Shown here piece by piece: positions 1-7,657 of a stretch of 64,000 nucleotides of DNA. A program made the translations under genes and the position numbers. Under the pieces are notes generated by a model. That model ran no database searches and was not told the DNA's origin. It saw nothing but the letters and a program-made list of their open reading frames with translations. Location: the NCBI GenBank assembly GCA_902580665.1, contig CACHLP010000001.1:15912-79911 (forward strand), read 5' to 3'. Numbering within the stretch: position 1 is the stretch's first letter; each line of letters begins with the position of its first letter. Origin of the DNA: an uncultured Pelagibacteraceae bacterium. Lineage in GTDB: Bacteria > Pseudomonadota > Alphaproteobacteria > Pelagibacterales > AG-422-B15.

Positions 1-1
1 C

Positions 2-352
2 ATAGCTATTTTTAATACCGCGCTTGAATCACCTTTGGGACAGGTATCGATGATACCCTTACTTGCTTGGATTGCGAGAAATGCACCTGCTCATCTTAAA
101 GCTACATTCTTTGCAGTATTTGCCTCATTCACGAATCTTGCTCTATCTGCAAGTTCATTATTTACAAAATACCTTAACCAAATTTACGAGGTCACGAGAG
201 AAGTAAAGGATAAGATTACAAATGAAGTTCTTTCAGTCGCAGATTACTCTGAATTAGGTATTTTACTTATTGTGGTTACACTACTCACTCTTTTGGTTCC
301 AATAATTTCTGTTATAGTTATTCAGAAAACAAGATTAAAAACAAATGAGTAA
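2..352 (+). CDS. C-terminal fragment of a multi-pass membrane transporter (MFS/BT1-like); 5' end outside window
   Basis: Frame is open from the window edge to TAA at 350-352. The tail has hydrophobic helices (FFAVFASFTNLALSASSLF; LGILLIVVTLLTLLVPIISVIVI). The subfamily is a weak recollection only. Confidence 0.5.
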   Translation: MAIFNTALESPLGQVSMIPLLAWIARNAPAHLKATFFAVFASFTNLALSASSLFTKYLNQIYEVTREVKDKITNEVLSVADYSELGILLIVVTLLTLLVPIISVIVIQKTRLKTNE

Positions 353-361
353 TATTAAGTA

Positions 362-529
362 ATGAAAAATGTACTGCAAATACTAGGAGTTTTTTTTATT
401 GGAGCATTAATAGGCTTTATACTCATTAGTTTTGGCTTATCAATAGATATATCCATGATGGCAGGCACAGCTGTGATATTAGTTTTGGCTTATTTAGTCA
501 CTAAACAAAATAACAAGGGGAAGAAATAA
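362..529 (+). CDS. hypothetical small membrane protein (55 aa, two hydrophobic helices)
   Basis: ATG 362 to TAA 527-529, below the ORF-track size cutoff. It fills the gap between neighbours exactly, and its stop abuts the ATG of the next gene at 530. Sequence: MKNVLQILGVFFIGALIGFILISFGLSIDISMMAGTAVILVLAYLVTKQNNKGKK. Confidence 0.4.
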   Translation: MKNVLQILGVFFIGALIGFILISFGLSIDISMMAGTAVILVLAYLVTKQNNKGKK

Positions 530-1384
530 ATGACAGCTATTCCAATTCAACAGATTAAAACAAAAGAAATATTGGACTGGAAGGGATTGCATTTACTCAA
601 TTTTAGAACATCTTCATGCTCACAAAAACTACGAATATACCTTAATTTGAAAAAAATAGATTGGACTTCGCATAGTGTAAATCTCGCAGCAGGAAAAAAT
701 TACACTGAATGGTTTTTAGGAATTAATCCTAAGGGGCTAATCCCAGTACTTGTAGACAACGGCCATGTTGAAATTGAGAGTAATGATATATTGATGTATC
801 TTGAAAAAAAATTTCCTCAAAACCCTCTAATTGACGAACTTCAAGAAGAGAATATGAATACTCTTCTTAAGGATGAAGATAATCTTCATGAAGATATAAG
901 AAATATTGCTTATCGTTATATGTTTGGAGGTCTGGGCAAGAAGAGTTCCAAGGGACTCGAAGTATTTAAAAATTATAAATCATCCAATTCTGAACTTGAT
1001 AAACTAAAGATGAAAGAGGTTGAATTTTATGAGACCTACGGTGAAGAAGGAATTACTGATAAGGCTGTAAAAAAATCCTTGGTTAATTTTTGTGAGCGTT
1101 ATGAAAAATTTGAAGATGACCTAAGCAACCAAAAATATTTAATGGGAGATAAGCTTTCAATGCTTGACCTTGCATGGTTTATTTACTCTTATCGGCTTTA
1201 TATATCTGGATTTCCTTTTAGAACATTATACCCAAAAGTATCAACCTGGTTTCAAGATCTTTATGTACGAAATGAATTTTATAAGGAAGTGAATGACCCT
1301 TTAATTTTAAAATTAATTAGACAATATGCAAAAATAAGCACAGCGCTTAGAGGAAAATCAATATTGGCCTTAATGCCAAAATAA
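530..1384 (+). CDS. glutathione S-transferase family protein
   Basis: N-terminal thioredoxin-fold GST pattern (SSCSQKLRIYL...INPKGLIPVLVDNGHVEIESNDILMYLEKKFP) plus a helical C-terminal domain. Confidence 0.65.
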   Translation: MTAIPIQQIKTKEILDWKGLHLLNFRTSSCSQKLRIYLNLKKIDWTSHSVNLAAGKNYTEWFLGINPKGLIPVLVDNGHVEIESNDILMYLEKKFPQNPLIDELQEENMNTLLKDEDNLHEDIRNIAYRYMFGGLGKKSSKGLEVFKNYKSSNSELDKLKMKEVEFYETYGEEGITDKAVKKSLVNFCERYEKFEDDLSNQKYLMGDKLSMLDLAWFIYSYRLYISGFPFRTLYPKVSTWFQDLYVRNEFYKEVNDPLILKLIRQYAKISTALRGKSILALMPK

Positions 1385-1511
1385 AGATTATTTTACACTG
1401 GATAAGAACAGTAGCTTTACTGTCTAGGCGTGACATGCATTTAATTATTAGCTCTTTTCATTTGGTATATTTTCGAGTTACTATATTTCCCTAAACTAAA
1501 AAGGAGAAAAT

Positions 1512-1808
1512 ATGGAATTTTGTAATGCTGTGAGAGCTAAAGTTAAAGAAGGCTGTGAAGAAGAATATTTAGAAATCAATAAAGGTTTTGAAAATTTGCC
1601 TGGTCAAAAGATAAGTCGTTTGTTTAAAACTGGAGACAGAACTTATTGTTATATTGGCATTTGGGAATCAGAAGAAGCAATTGCTGCACAGAGAGATGCA
1701 ATGATTGCAAATTTAGATAAGATGAGGCACGTACTTGAGGAATTATCACCTGAATTAGGTGTTACTGATCCTGTTTCAGGTACAGTTGTTCTTGATTATG
1801 GAGGATAA
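1512..1808 (+). CDS. small ABM-like (dimeric alpha/beta barrel) protein, function unknown
   Basis: 98 aa with AGGAGA RBS upstream. Size and pattern (YCYIGIWESEEAIAAQRDAM) resemble antibiotic-biosynthesis-monooxygenase-fold proteins. Confidence 0.4.
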   Translation: MEFCNAVRAKVKEGCEEEYLEINKGFENLPGQKISRLFKTGDRTYCYIGIWESEEAIAAQRDAMIANLDKMRHVLEELSPELGVTDPVSGTVVLDYGG

Positions 1809-2066
1809 ATCAGTTTAAGATACTAACATGAATTTAGATCTACCTGAGTTATTACTTGGTATTCCATTGCATTTAACACTTTTGTGTATTTCTAAACTAT
1901 ACGCGAATAGGTCATATGATGAAGCAGCAGGATATTTTAGTAAGGCGAGTAAAATTTAAAAATTTATTACCTCCTGTAATTAAGCTGGTTATTAAAAGAA
2001 AATGCAATCTAAGTTTTATCGATTTAAATAAATCCGTGAGAGCTTCTAAAACTTATCATTAGCAAT

Positions 2067-2855
2067 ATGAGCTTAACAGACGAAGGACATTATGGCCCAA
2101 AACAATTAAATATGCTTAAAACCGTCTGGGGTGAAGGTTTTTTATCACCGGGCGGTACTGATGAAATTGATCAAATTTTAAAAGGATTAGAATTAAAAGA
2201 TAAAAGGGTTTTGGACATAGGTTGTGGTACAGGAGGCGCAGTTTTTCACATGATAGAAAAATATGGAGCGAATGAAGCAATTGGAATAGATCCAGAACCG
2301 TTAGTAATTGAAACAGCAAATAACTTAGCTAAAAAAAAAGGTATATCTCATAAAGTAAAGTTTATTTGTACTAAGCCAGAAGAACATAAATTTGAAGATA
2401 AAAGTTTTCAGGTTGTTTTTAGTAAGGAAGCATTTTTGCATATTGTTGATAAAAAAAAACTACTCAAAGAGATAAATGATATCTTAGTTGACGATGGAAT
2501 ACTCTCAGTCGGAGATTGGATGAGAAATGATGATAACGAACCATCGGAGCAGATGAAGGAGTATATTGCTGCAGAAGGCTTAGATATGTTTATGTGCTCA
2601 CTTGATAAGTACGAAAGGCTTTTGAAAGAAACAGGGTTTAAAGTACTTTCACTAAATGATCGTAATAAATGGTATTTAGAAAAAGTTAAGACAGAAATAT
2701 CAGACATAAAAGGACCACTTTATGATGAAGTGACAAAGCTGATCGGTAAAGAAGAGGCAGACGGCGCCCTTGAGATTTGGGAAAAATTACTTGGTGTAGT
2801 TGCAAAAGGAGAACATCGTCCTGGTAATTTTCAGGCTATAAAAATATCAAGCTAA
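2067..2855 (+). CDS. class I SAM-dependent methyltransferase, phosphoethanolamine N-methyltransferase (PMT/PEAMT)-like single-domain form
   Basis: WGEGFLSPGG...VLDIGCGTGG SAM motif. It is collinear with the plant PEAMT / Plasmodium PMT catalytic domain through SKEAFLHIVDK and the C-terminal ...WEKLLGVVAKGEHRPGNFQAIK. Confidence 0.7.
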   Translation: MSLTDEGHYGPKQLNMLKTVWGEGFLSPGGTDEIDQILKGLELKDKRVLDIGCGTGGAVFHMIEKYGANEAIGIDPEPLVIETANNLAKKKGISHKVKFICTKPEEHKFEDKSFQVVFSKEAFLHIVDKKKLLKEINDILVDDGILSVGDWMRNDDNEPSEQMKEYIAAEGLDMFMCSLDKYERLLKETGFKVLSLNDRNKWYLEKVKTEISDIKGPLYDEVTKLIGKEEADGALEIWEKLLGVVAKGEHRPGNFQAIKISS

Positions 2856-2856
2856 T

Positions 2857-3096
2857 ATGGATAATCAACTATCGCAGGCAGATACCGATCGTATTATTGA
2901 AATGGCCTGGGAAGATCGAACGACTTTTGCAGATATAAATAATCAATTTGGACTTAAGGAAAAAGAAGTGATAAAGATTATGAAAGATAATCTTAAACGT
3001 AATTCTTTTCTAAAATGGAGACAAAGAGTGAGGGGACGAAAAACAAAAATTAGTTCAATTTCAAATCGATTTAAATCTTCTAACCAAAAGACATAA
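2857..3096 (+). CDS. TIGR03643/DUF2805-family small protein
   Basis: IIEMAWEDRTTFADINNQFGLKEKEVIKIMKDNLKRNSFLKWRQRVRGRKTK matches my recollection of this family. It starts 2 nt after the upstream stop. Confidence 0.65.
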   Translation: MDNQLSQADTDRIIEMAWEDRTTFADINNQFGLKEKEVIKIMKDNLKRNSFLKWRQRVRGRKTKISSISNRFKSSNQKT

Positions 3097-3103
3097 TAAT
3101 AAT

Positions 3104-3481
3104 ATGAGCTTAGTAAAAACTATTTCATCTGAAGAGTGCTTTAAAAAATTAAATGAAGATCAGAATTCTTACCTTATTGATGTTAGAAGTCCAACTGAAT
3201 GGAGCGTTGATGGCATCCCCGATGAAAATTCTTTTGAGGGTATTCTTTTTAAATTAGCTATAAGAAATGAGGAAGGAACCCAAAACCCAAATTTTATTGA
3301 AGAATTTAACTCCCTTGAAATACCGAAGGACTCAAATGTTTATTTTATTTGTAAATCTGGGGCTCGTTCTAATCTAGCTGCCAAAATGATTAAGAATGAA
3401 GGTTATAAAAGCCTATTTAATGTTGAAGATGGGTTTACACTAGGTTGGAAACCCAAAGGTCTTCCATCAGTAGAATATTAA
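3104..3481 (+). CDS. rhodanese-like sulfurtransferase domain protein
   Basis: YLIDVRSPTEW ... active-site loop CKSGARS ... NVEDGF. Confidence 0.8.
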   Translation: MSLVKTISSEECFKKLNEDQNSYLIDVRSPTEWSVDGIPDENSFEGILFKLAIRNEEGTQNPNFIEEFNSLEIPKDSNVYFICKSGARSNLAAKMIKNEGYKSLFNVEDGFTLGWKPKGLPSVEY

Positions 3482-4077
3482 TCAGAAACTGAAACAATTT
3501 TTTCAATCAGCTTATCCAAATCGTAGTCATTGTTAGCAAGAAAGGACTGGAATTCCTCCCGCTGCGCAATCACAAGACTGATACCTTCAATATTTAAATC
3601 AATGATTTTTATCTGATTGTCCTTATTTAAAAGTCTCCACTTAAGATTAATCTTAAGTGTGTCTGTTCCTTCTCTAACAATATTACTTTCAACAATCACG
3701 TATTTGCCAGCCTCTTGTGATCCGATTACATCAACTTTTTCACCTGCATACTGGTCAAGTTTATTAGCGTACGAGCTTACAAAGTAATCTTTGAATGCAA
3801 TTAAATATGCTTCTTTTTGTTCATCTGAAGCATTTTTCCATGCTTTAGATAAAACAAATTTAGAAATTAAATTAAGATCGATCGACGACATTACTAATTC
3901 CGTAAAACTTGAGGTTCTTTCAGTGTCTGAAAGTGAATCATTACTTAAGATAGATATAGCCGAATCCGCAAATGACGCTACGAAAGTTTCTTCTTCTACA
4001 AAAGTAGATGCAAGAACTGTCAGATTGAAACTGCAGCAAAGAAAAAATATATAAATATGAAATCTAATCCTAGTCAT
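3478..4077 (-). CDS. mlaC: phospholipid-binding periplasmic protein MlaC (Ttg2D family)
   Basis: Signal peptide plus Tgt2/MlaC-like core (FVLSKAWKNASDEQKEAYLIAFKDYFVSSYANKL...IEGISLVIAQREEF). It lies in an operon with mlaA. Confidence 0.75.
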   Translation of the reverse strand: MTRIRFHIYIFFLCCSFNLTVLASTFVEEETFVASFADSAISILSNDSLSDTERTSSFTELVMSSIDLNLISKFVLSKAWKNASDEQKEAYLIAFKDYFVSSYANKLDQYAGEKVDVIGSQEAGKYVIVESNIVREGTDTLKINLKWRLLNKDNQIKIIDLNIEGISLVIAQREEFQSFLANNDYDLDKLIEKIVSVSD

Positions 4078-4891
4078 ATGTAATCTCTATATCTGGTCCT
4101 ACATAGCTTTCATCTATCTCAAAGTCATCAAAAATATCATTTTCTTGTTCAGAGGAATCAATTTCTAGATTGCTAGCTGCTTGACTTTCCCTTCCTTGAG
4201 AATAAAAACTCCTGACTGCAGCATAATAGTCGATTGAATTATTCTGCAGGTCATCAAGTATTTCAACATTTTGAGATCTAAAATCAACTGCGCCTGTTCC
4301 TAATCGATATGTTCTTAGTGAGTCAGGAGCGCTACCTCCTCCAATTTGATACATTGGATCTAAAAGAGATGTGGAGAGAAGACCTGCAAAGTCTCTAGGA
4401 TTAGATGGACCCAAGAAAGGCAATACTACGTATGGACCTGATGAAACGCCCCAAACCGATAATGTTTGTCCAAAATCTTCAGTTTCAGTAACTAAGCCCA
4501 TGCTTGATGCTGGATCAAAGAAGCCTAATAATCCAACGGTTGAATTAATAATAAACCTTGATGTTGATACTCCAGCTTTTCTGAGCTCTCCTTGAAGAAG
4601 ATTATTAACAGCAGTAATGGGCATGCTTAAATTATTTAAGGAGTATGTAATTCTATTTCTTACAAATCCAGGTACAACGGCTTTGTATGTTACGGCGATC
4701 GGTCTTAAAATAATTTTATCAAAGATGATATTAAAAGAAAATACGACCCTATTTACCTTTTCAAATGGATCGTTAACTGTTGACATCTCTTGCTGTGATA
4801 AAGAGCTGTTCAATTCAGTACTTTTGGAAGCACAACCCTGAAAGACCAGAGTAGATCCAATAATTAGCACTAATAGTATTCTCAAGTTCAT
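4070..4891 (-). CDS. mlaA: outer-membrane lipoprotein MlaA/VacJ
   Basis: Lipobox VFQGC. VacJ core NDPFEKVNRVVFSFN...LNNLSMPITAVNNLLQG...STVGLLGFFDPAS. Confidence 0.9.
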   Translation of the reverse strand: MNLRILLVLIIGSTLVFQGCASKSTELNSSLSQQEMSTVNDPFEKVNRVVFSFNIIFDKIILRPIAVTYKAVVPGFVRNRITYSLNNLSMPITAVNNLLQGELRKAGVSTSRFIINSTVGLLGFFDPASSMGLVTETEDFGQTLSVWGVSSGPYVVLPFLGPSNPRDFAGLLSTSLLDPMYQIGGGSAPDSLRTYRLGTGAVDFRSQNVEILDDLQNNSIDYYAAVRSFYSQGRESQAASNLEIDSSEQENDIFDDFEIDESYVGPDIEITYD

Positions 4892-4986
4892 TAGATTAAT
4901 GCTATTCTATATAAATTTTGTAATCAAATTAATACTTTAATTGCGTTTAAATTTATGAGGCATTTTATACAATAAATGGAACTATT

Positions 4987-5886
4987 TTGAGAACCACAGA
5001 TATCATTTTAGTATTAATGATAAATTTTGCTTTTAGTTTAGCGTTTATTTCAGCAAAGATTGGCGTAACAGAATTTCCTCCATTTCTATTTACAACAATG
5101 CGTTTTTTTCTTATATCCCTCATTTTAATTCCATTTCTTAAGATTCACAAAGGTCAAATGTATAACATTTTGATTGTTTCTATACTTGGAGGCGGTATTC
5201 ATTTTGCATTCTTTTATTTAGCCTTGGACAACTCTCAGTACATTTCATCTGTTGCGATCGTACTTCAACTTGGAGTACCCTTTGCTACTATATTGTCAGT
5301 AATATTTCTTAAGGAAGTGATCCGATGGAGAAGAATATTGGGTATCACTCTATCTTTTGGAGGTGTAATTATATTAGTCTTTGAGCCAACAATTTTTTCT
5401 GATTTGGGAGGTGTCTATTTTGCTCTTCTTGCAGCTCTTTCTATAGCTGTAAGTCTGCTATTCATGAAAAAATTGAAAAATATTAAGGTATTTGATCTGC
5501 AGGCTTGGATTGCATTTATTAGCTTTATTTTCTTGGCAATAGTCTCATTAATTTTTGAGGAAAGTCATGTTGACGTAATAATAAATGCTAATTTAATTGG
5601 ATGGTATGCTGTTTTATTTACAGCTTTTGCAGCAACATTAATAGGTCATGCAGGATTTTATTATCTGATTACAAGGTATGAACTATCCAAAGTAACACCT
5701 TTAACTCTAATGGCTCCTGTATTAGCTATAATAAATGCATTCATTATCTCTTTATTTTCATTGTATGAAGGTTTTGATGAGGTAATTACTGTAAAAATCA
5801 TCTTTGGCGCATTAATTACGTTGATAGGTGTTGCTATAGTAATGATCCGTGAGCCAGAAGAAAAGAAAGTTTTGCAATCTCCATGA
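4987..5886 (+). CDS. EamA/DMT-family permease
   Basis: About 10 TM helices arranged as two EamA-like halves. TTG start as in the track. Confidence 0.7.
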   Translation: MRTTDIILVLMINFAFSLAFISAKIGVTEFPPFLFTTMRFFLISLILIPFLKIHKGQMYNILIVSILGGGIHFAFFYLALDNSQYISSVAIVLQLGVPFATILSVIFLKEVIRWRRILGITLSFGGVIILVFEPTIFSDLGGVYFALLAALSIAVSLLFMKKLKNIKVFDLQAWIAFISFIFLAIVSLIFEESHVDVIINANLIGWYAVLFTAFAATLIGHAGFYYLITRYELSKVTPLTLMAPVLAIINAFIISLFSLYEGFDEVITVKIIFGALITLIGVAIVMIREPEEKKVLQSP

Positions 5887-6614
5887 TATACAAATTTCTA
5901 TATTCTCCTAATTTTGAGAAAAGAAAAAATAGAAAAATAAAATATATTGTAGTTCATTATACAGGAATGAGGTCATCAATAGAATCTTTGAAGAGATTAC
6001 AATCAAAAAAATATAAAGTAAGCTCACACTATTTTATTAATGAATACGGGAAAACTATTCAGCTCGTAGAAGATCATAATATTGCTTGGCATGCAGGTAT
6101 CTCATTTTGGGGATCAGACAAAAATCTTAATTCAAAATCAATTGGAATAGAGATACAGAATAAAGGTCAAGAATTTGGCTATCATAAATTTAATAAGTCT
6201 CAGGTAGATGCTGCTGTAAAGTTAATATTGTATTTAAAAAATAAATATCAAATTAATGATGCGTTCATATTAGGGCACTCTGATATAGCGCCATTAAGAA
6301 AATTAGATCCTGGCTATTTATTTCCATGGAATGAGTTAAATAAAAAAGGTATTGGGTTGCTTCCAAAAAAGAATAAGTCTAGAAAAAAACTAAACCCATC
6401 AAATATAAAAAATTTGCAAATCTTATTGAGTGAATTTGGATACAAAATTTCAATGAATGGACTAATGGATAAAGAAACGCTTCAAGTTATTCATGCCTTC
6501 GAGAGCCATTATTGTCCCGAAGAATTAGAAGAATTTTCTGTTAAACATAAATTGATTGGATATCTGCGAAATTTAATAAAATCTAAACACAGAAGCTTGA
6601 CCAAAAAACACTAA
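5883..6614 (+). CDS. N-acetylmuramoyl-L-alanine amidase (AmpD-type amidase_2) with C-terminal peptidoglycan-binding domain
   Basis: VVHYTGM...SSHYFI...AWHAGISFW...IGIEIQNKG...GHSDIAPLRKLDPG, then a PG_binding_1-like LQILLSEFGY...MDKETLQVIHAFESHY. Confidence 0.85.
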   Translation: MIYKFLYSPNFEKRKNRKIKYIVVHYTGMRSSIESLKRLQSKKYKVSSHYFINEYGKTIQLVEDHNIAWHAGISFWGSDKNLNSKSIGIEIQNKGQEFGYHKFNKSQVDAAVKLILYLKNKYQINDAFILGHSDIAPLRKLDPGYLFPWNELNKKGIGLLPKKNKSRKKLNPSNIKNLQILLSEFGYKISMNGLMDKETLQVIHAFESHYCPEELEEFSVKHKLIGYLRNLIKSKHRSLTKKH

Positions 6615-6630
6615 GACTGTAAATGGTATA

Positions 6631-6984
6631 TGCCAGATAATTGGATGACTGCTTTACTTGTAAAGAGGAAAGTCCGGGCTCCACAAGACAATGGTGCCGG
6701 GTAATACCCGGCGGGGGCGACCCCAGGGAAAGTGCCGCAGAAAACAAACCGCCTTAATTGAAATTTATAAGGTAAGGGTGAAAAGGTGAGGTAAGAGCTC
6801 ACCGCTTTTTTGGCAACAAAAAAGGCATGGTAAACCCCGCCAGGAGCAAGATCAAATAGAGTTACAATAGTTAGTCTTGACTGTAACTGGGTTGATCGCA
6901 TGATTCGTGTGGTAACACTCGAACTAGATGAATAGTCATAGATTTTTATTAAATCACAGAACCCGGCTTATAGATTATCTGGCA
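6631..6984 (+). ncRNA. rnpB: RNase P RNA (bacterial type A)
   Basis: Universal P4 strands GAGGAAAGTCCGGGCTCCA (6665-6683) and ACAGAACCCGGCTTA (6956-6970). Terminal P1 pairing of TGCCAGATAAT (6631-6641) with ATTATCTGGCA (6974-6984). The track ORF 6611..6901(-) is an artefact of this RNA. Confidence 0.92.
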
Positions 6985-7088
6985 ATTTTATATCTTATTA
7001 TTTTCAATAACTTATCAAATTTACTTAAAGTAAATTGTCACATAAGTTGCTGAAAAATATAACAATTCTAAAAAATCTGTAGACATAG

Positions 7089-7122
7089 CCCACTTGATCC
7101 CATACTATCCCATGTAATCCCA
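7089..7122. promoter_or_regulatory. candidate MraZ operator: four CCCA (= TGGGN on the opposite strand) boxes at exact 10-bp phasing
   Basis: CCCA at 7089, 7099, 7109 and 7119. The bottom strand reads TGGGA-N5-TGGGA-N5-TGGGA-N5-TGGGC. The array lies 58-91 bp upstream of the mraZ ATG. Confidence 0.6.
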
Positions 7123-7179
7123 ATTAAACCTAAATGAGGTAATTTGTTGATTATTTTAATAACTAACTTTTTTTATAAA

Positions 7180-7632
7180 ATGGCATTGTTTCTATCTACT
7201 TATATTAATCGCATAGACAAGAAAGGTCGTGTTTCAGTACCTTCATCATTCAGAAGTGTACTTGAACAAAACGGTCTTAAGGGAATGATTTGCTACCCTT
7301 CACCAACCCTTCAATCAATTGAAGGCTGTGCAATTAATCGAATGCAAAAAATAAGTGATGCGATCGAGTCTGCTGGACCTTTTAGTGAAGAAAGAAATAC
7401 TTTTTCATCTTCTATATTTGCAGACAGTCATCAAATTCATTTTGATCAAGAAGGTAGAGTAATAATACCTGGTGAATTAATTGTATCAGCAGGAATAAGT
7501 GATCAAGTTTCATTTGTAGGCTTGGGCGAAACATTTCAAATGTGGAACCCGACGACGTATGAAGATTATAAAAAAGATAAATCAAATAGTGCAAAGAACA
7601 ATTTAGCAAATCTCAAATGGAGTAATCAATAA
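7180..7632 (+). CDS. mraZ: transcriptional regulator MraZ
   Basis: Two SpoVT/AbrB-type repeats with DxxGR motifs (IDKKGRVSVP; FDQEGRVIIP). I prefer ATG 7180 (MALFLSTYINRIDKKGR) over the track's TTG 7144. Confidence 0.9.
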   Translation: MALFLSTYINRIDKKGRVSVPSSFRSVLEQNGLKGMICYPSPTLQSIEGCAINRMQKISDAIESAGPFSEERNTFSSSIFADSHQIHFDQEGRVIIPGELIVSAGISDQVSFVGLGETFQMWNPTTYEDYKKDKSNSAKNNLANLKWSNQ

Positions 7633-7657
7633 CTAATGAAAACAGGAGGATAATTTC

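Noticed and set aside
1408-1423. 6-bp hairpin ACAGTA-GCTT-TACTGT after the GST-like gene
   Set aside because: The stem is short with no U-tract, so it is not convincing as a terminator.
1828-1959. 43-codon ORF (MNLDLPELLLGIPLHLTLLCISKLYANRSYDEAAGYFSKASKI) in the 258-bp gap before the methyltransferase
   Set aside because: It has no RBS and no recognisable features, and it is easily produced by chance in AT-rich sequence. I cannot support it as a gene, and no riboswitch-like structure was evident in this gap either.
6611-6901. 96-aa ORF on the minus strand in the ORF track
   Set aside because: It lies entirely inside the RNase P RNA gene, whose conserved P4 strands and P1 closure are present. 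The GC-rich structured RNA simply lacks stop codons in this antisense frame.
7144-7179. N-terminal extensions in the track for mraZ (7144), lpxC (24818), fumC (34182), hflK (37394), miaA (40996) and ilvC (44182)
   Set aside because: The extensions start at TTG or weak codons, add non-conserved residues, and in the ilvC case overlap the upstream gene. An internal ATG gives the family-typical N-terminus.
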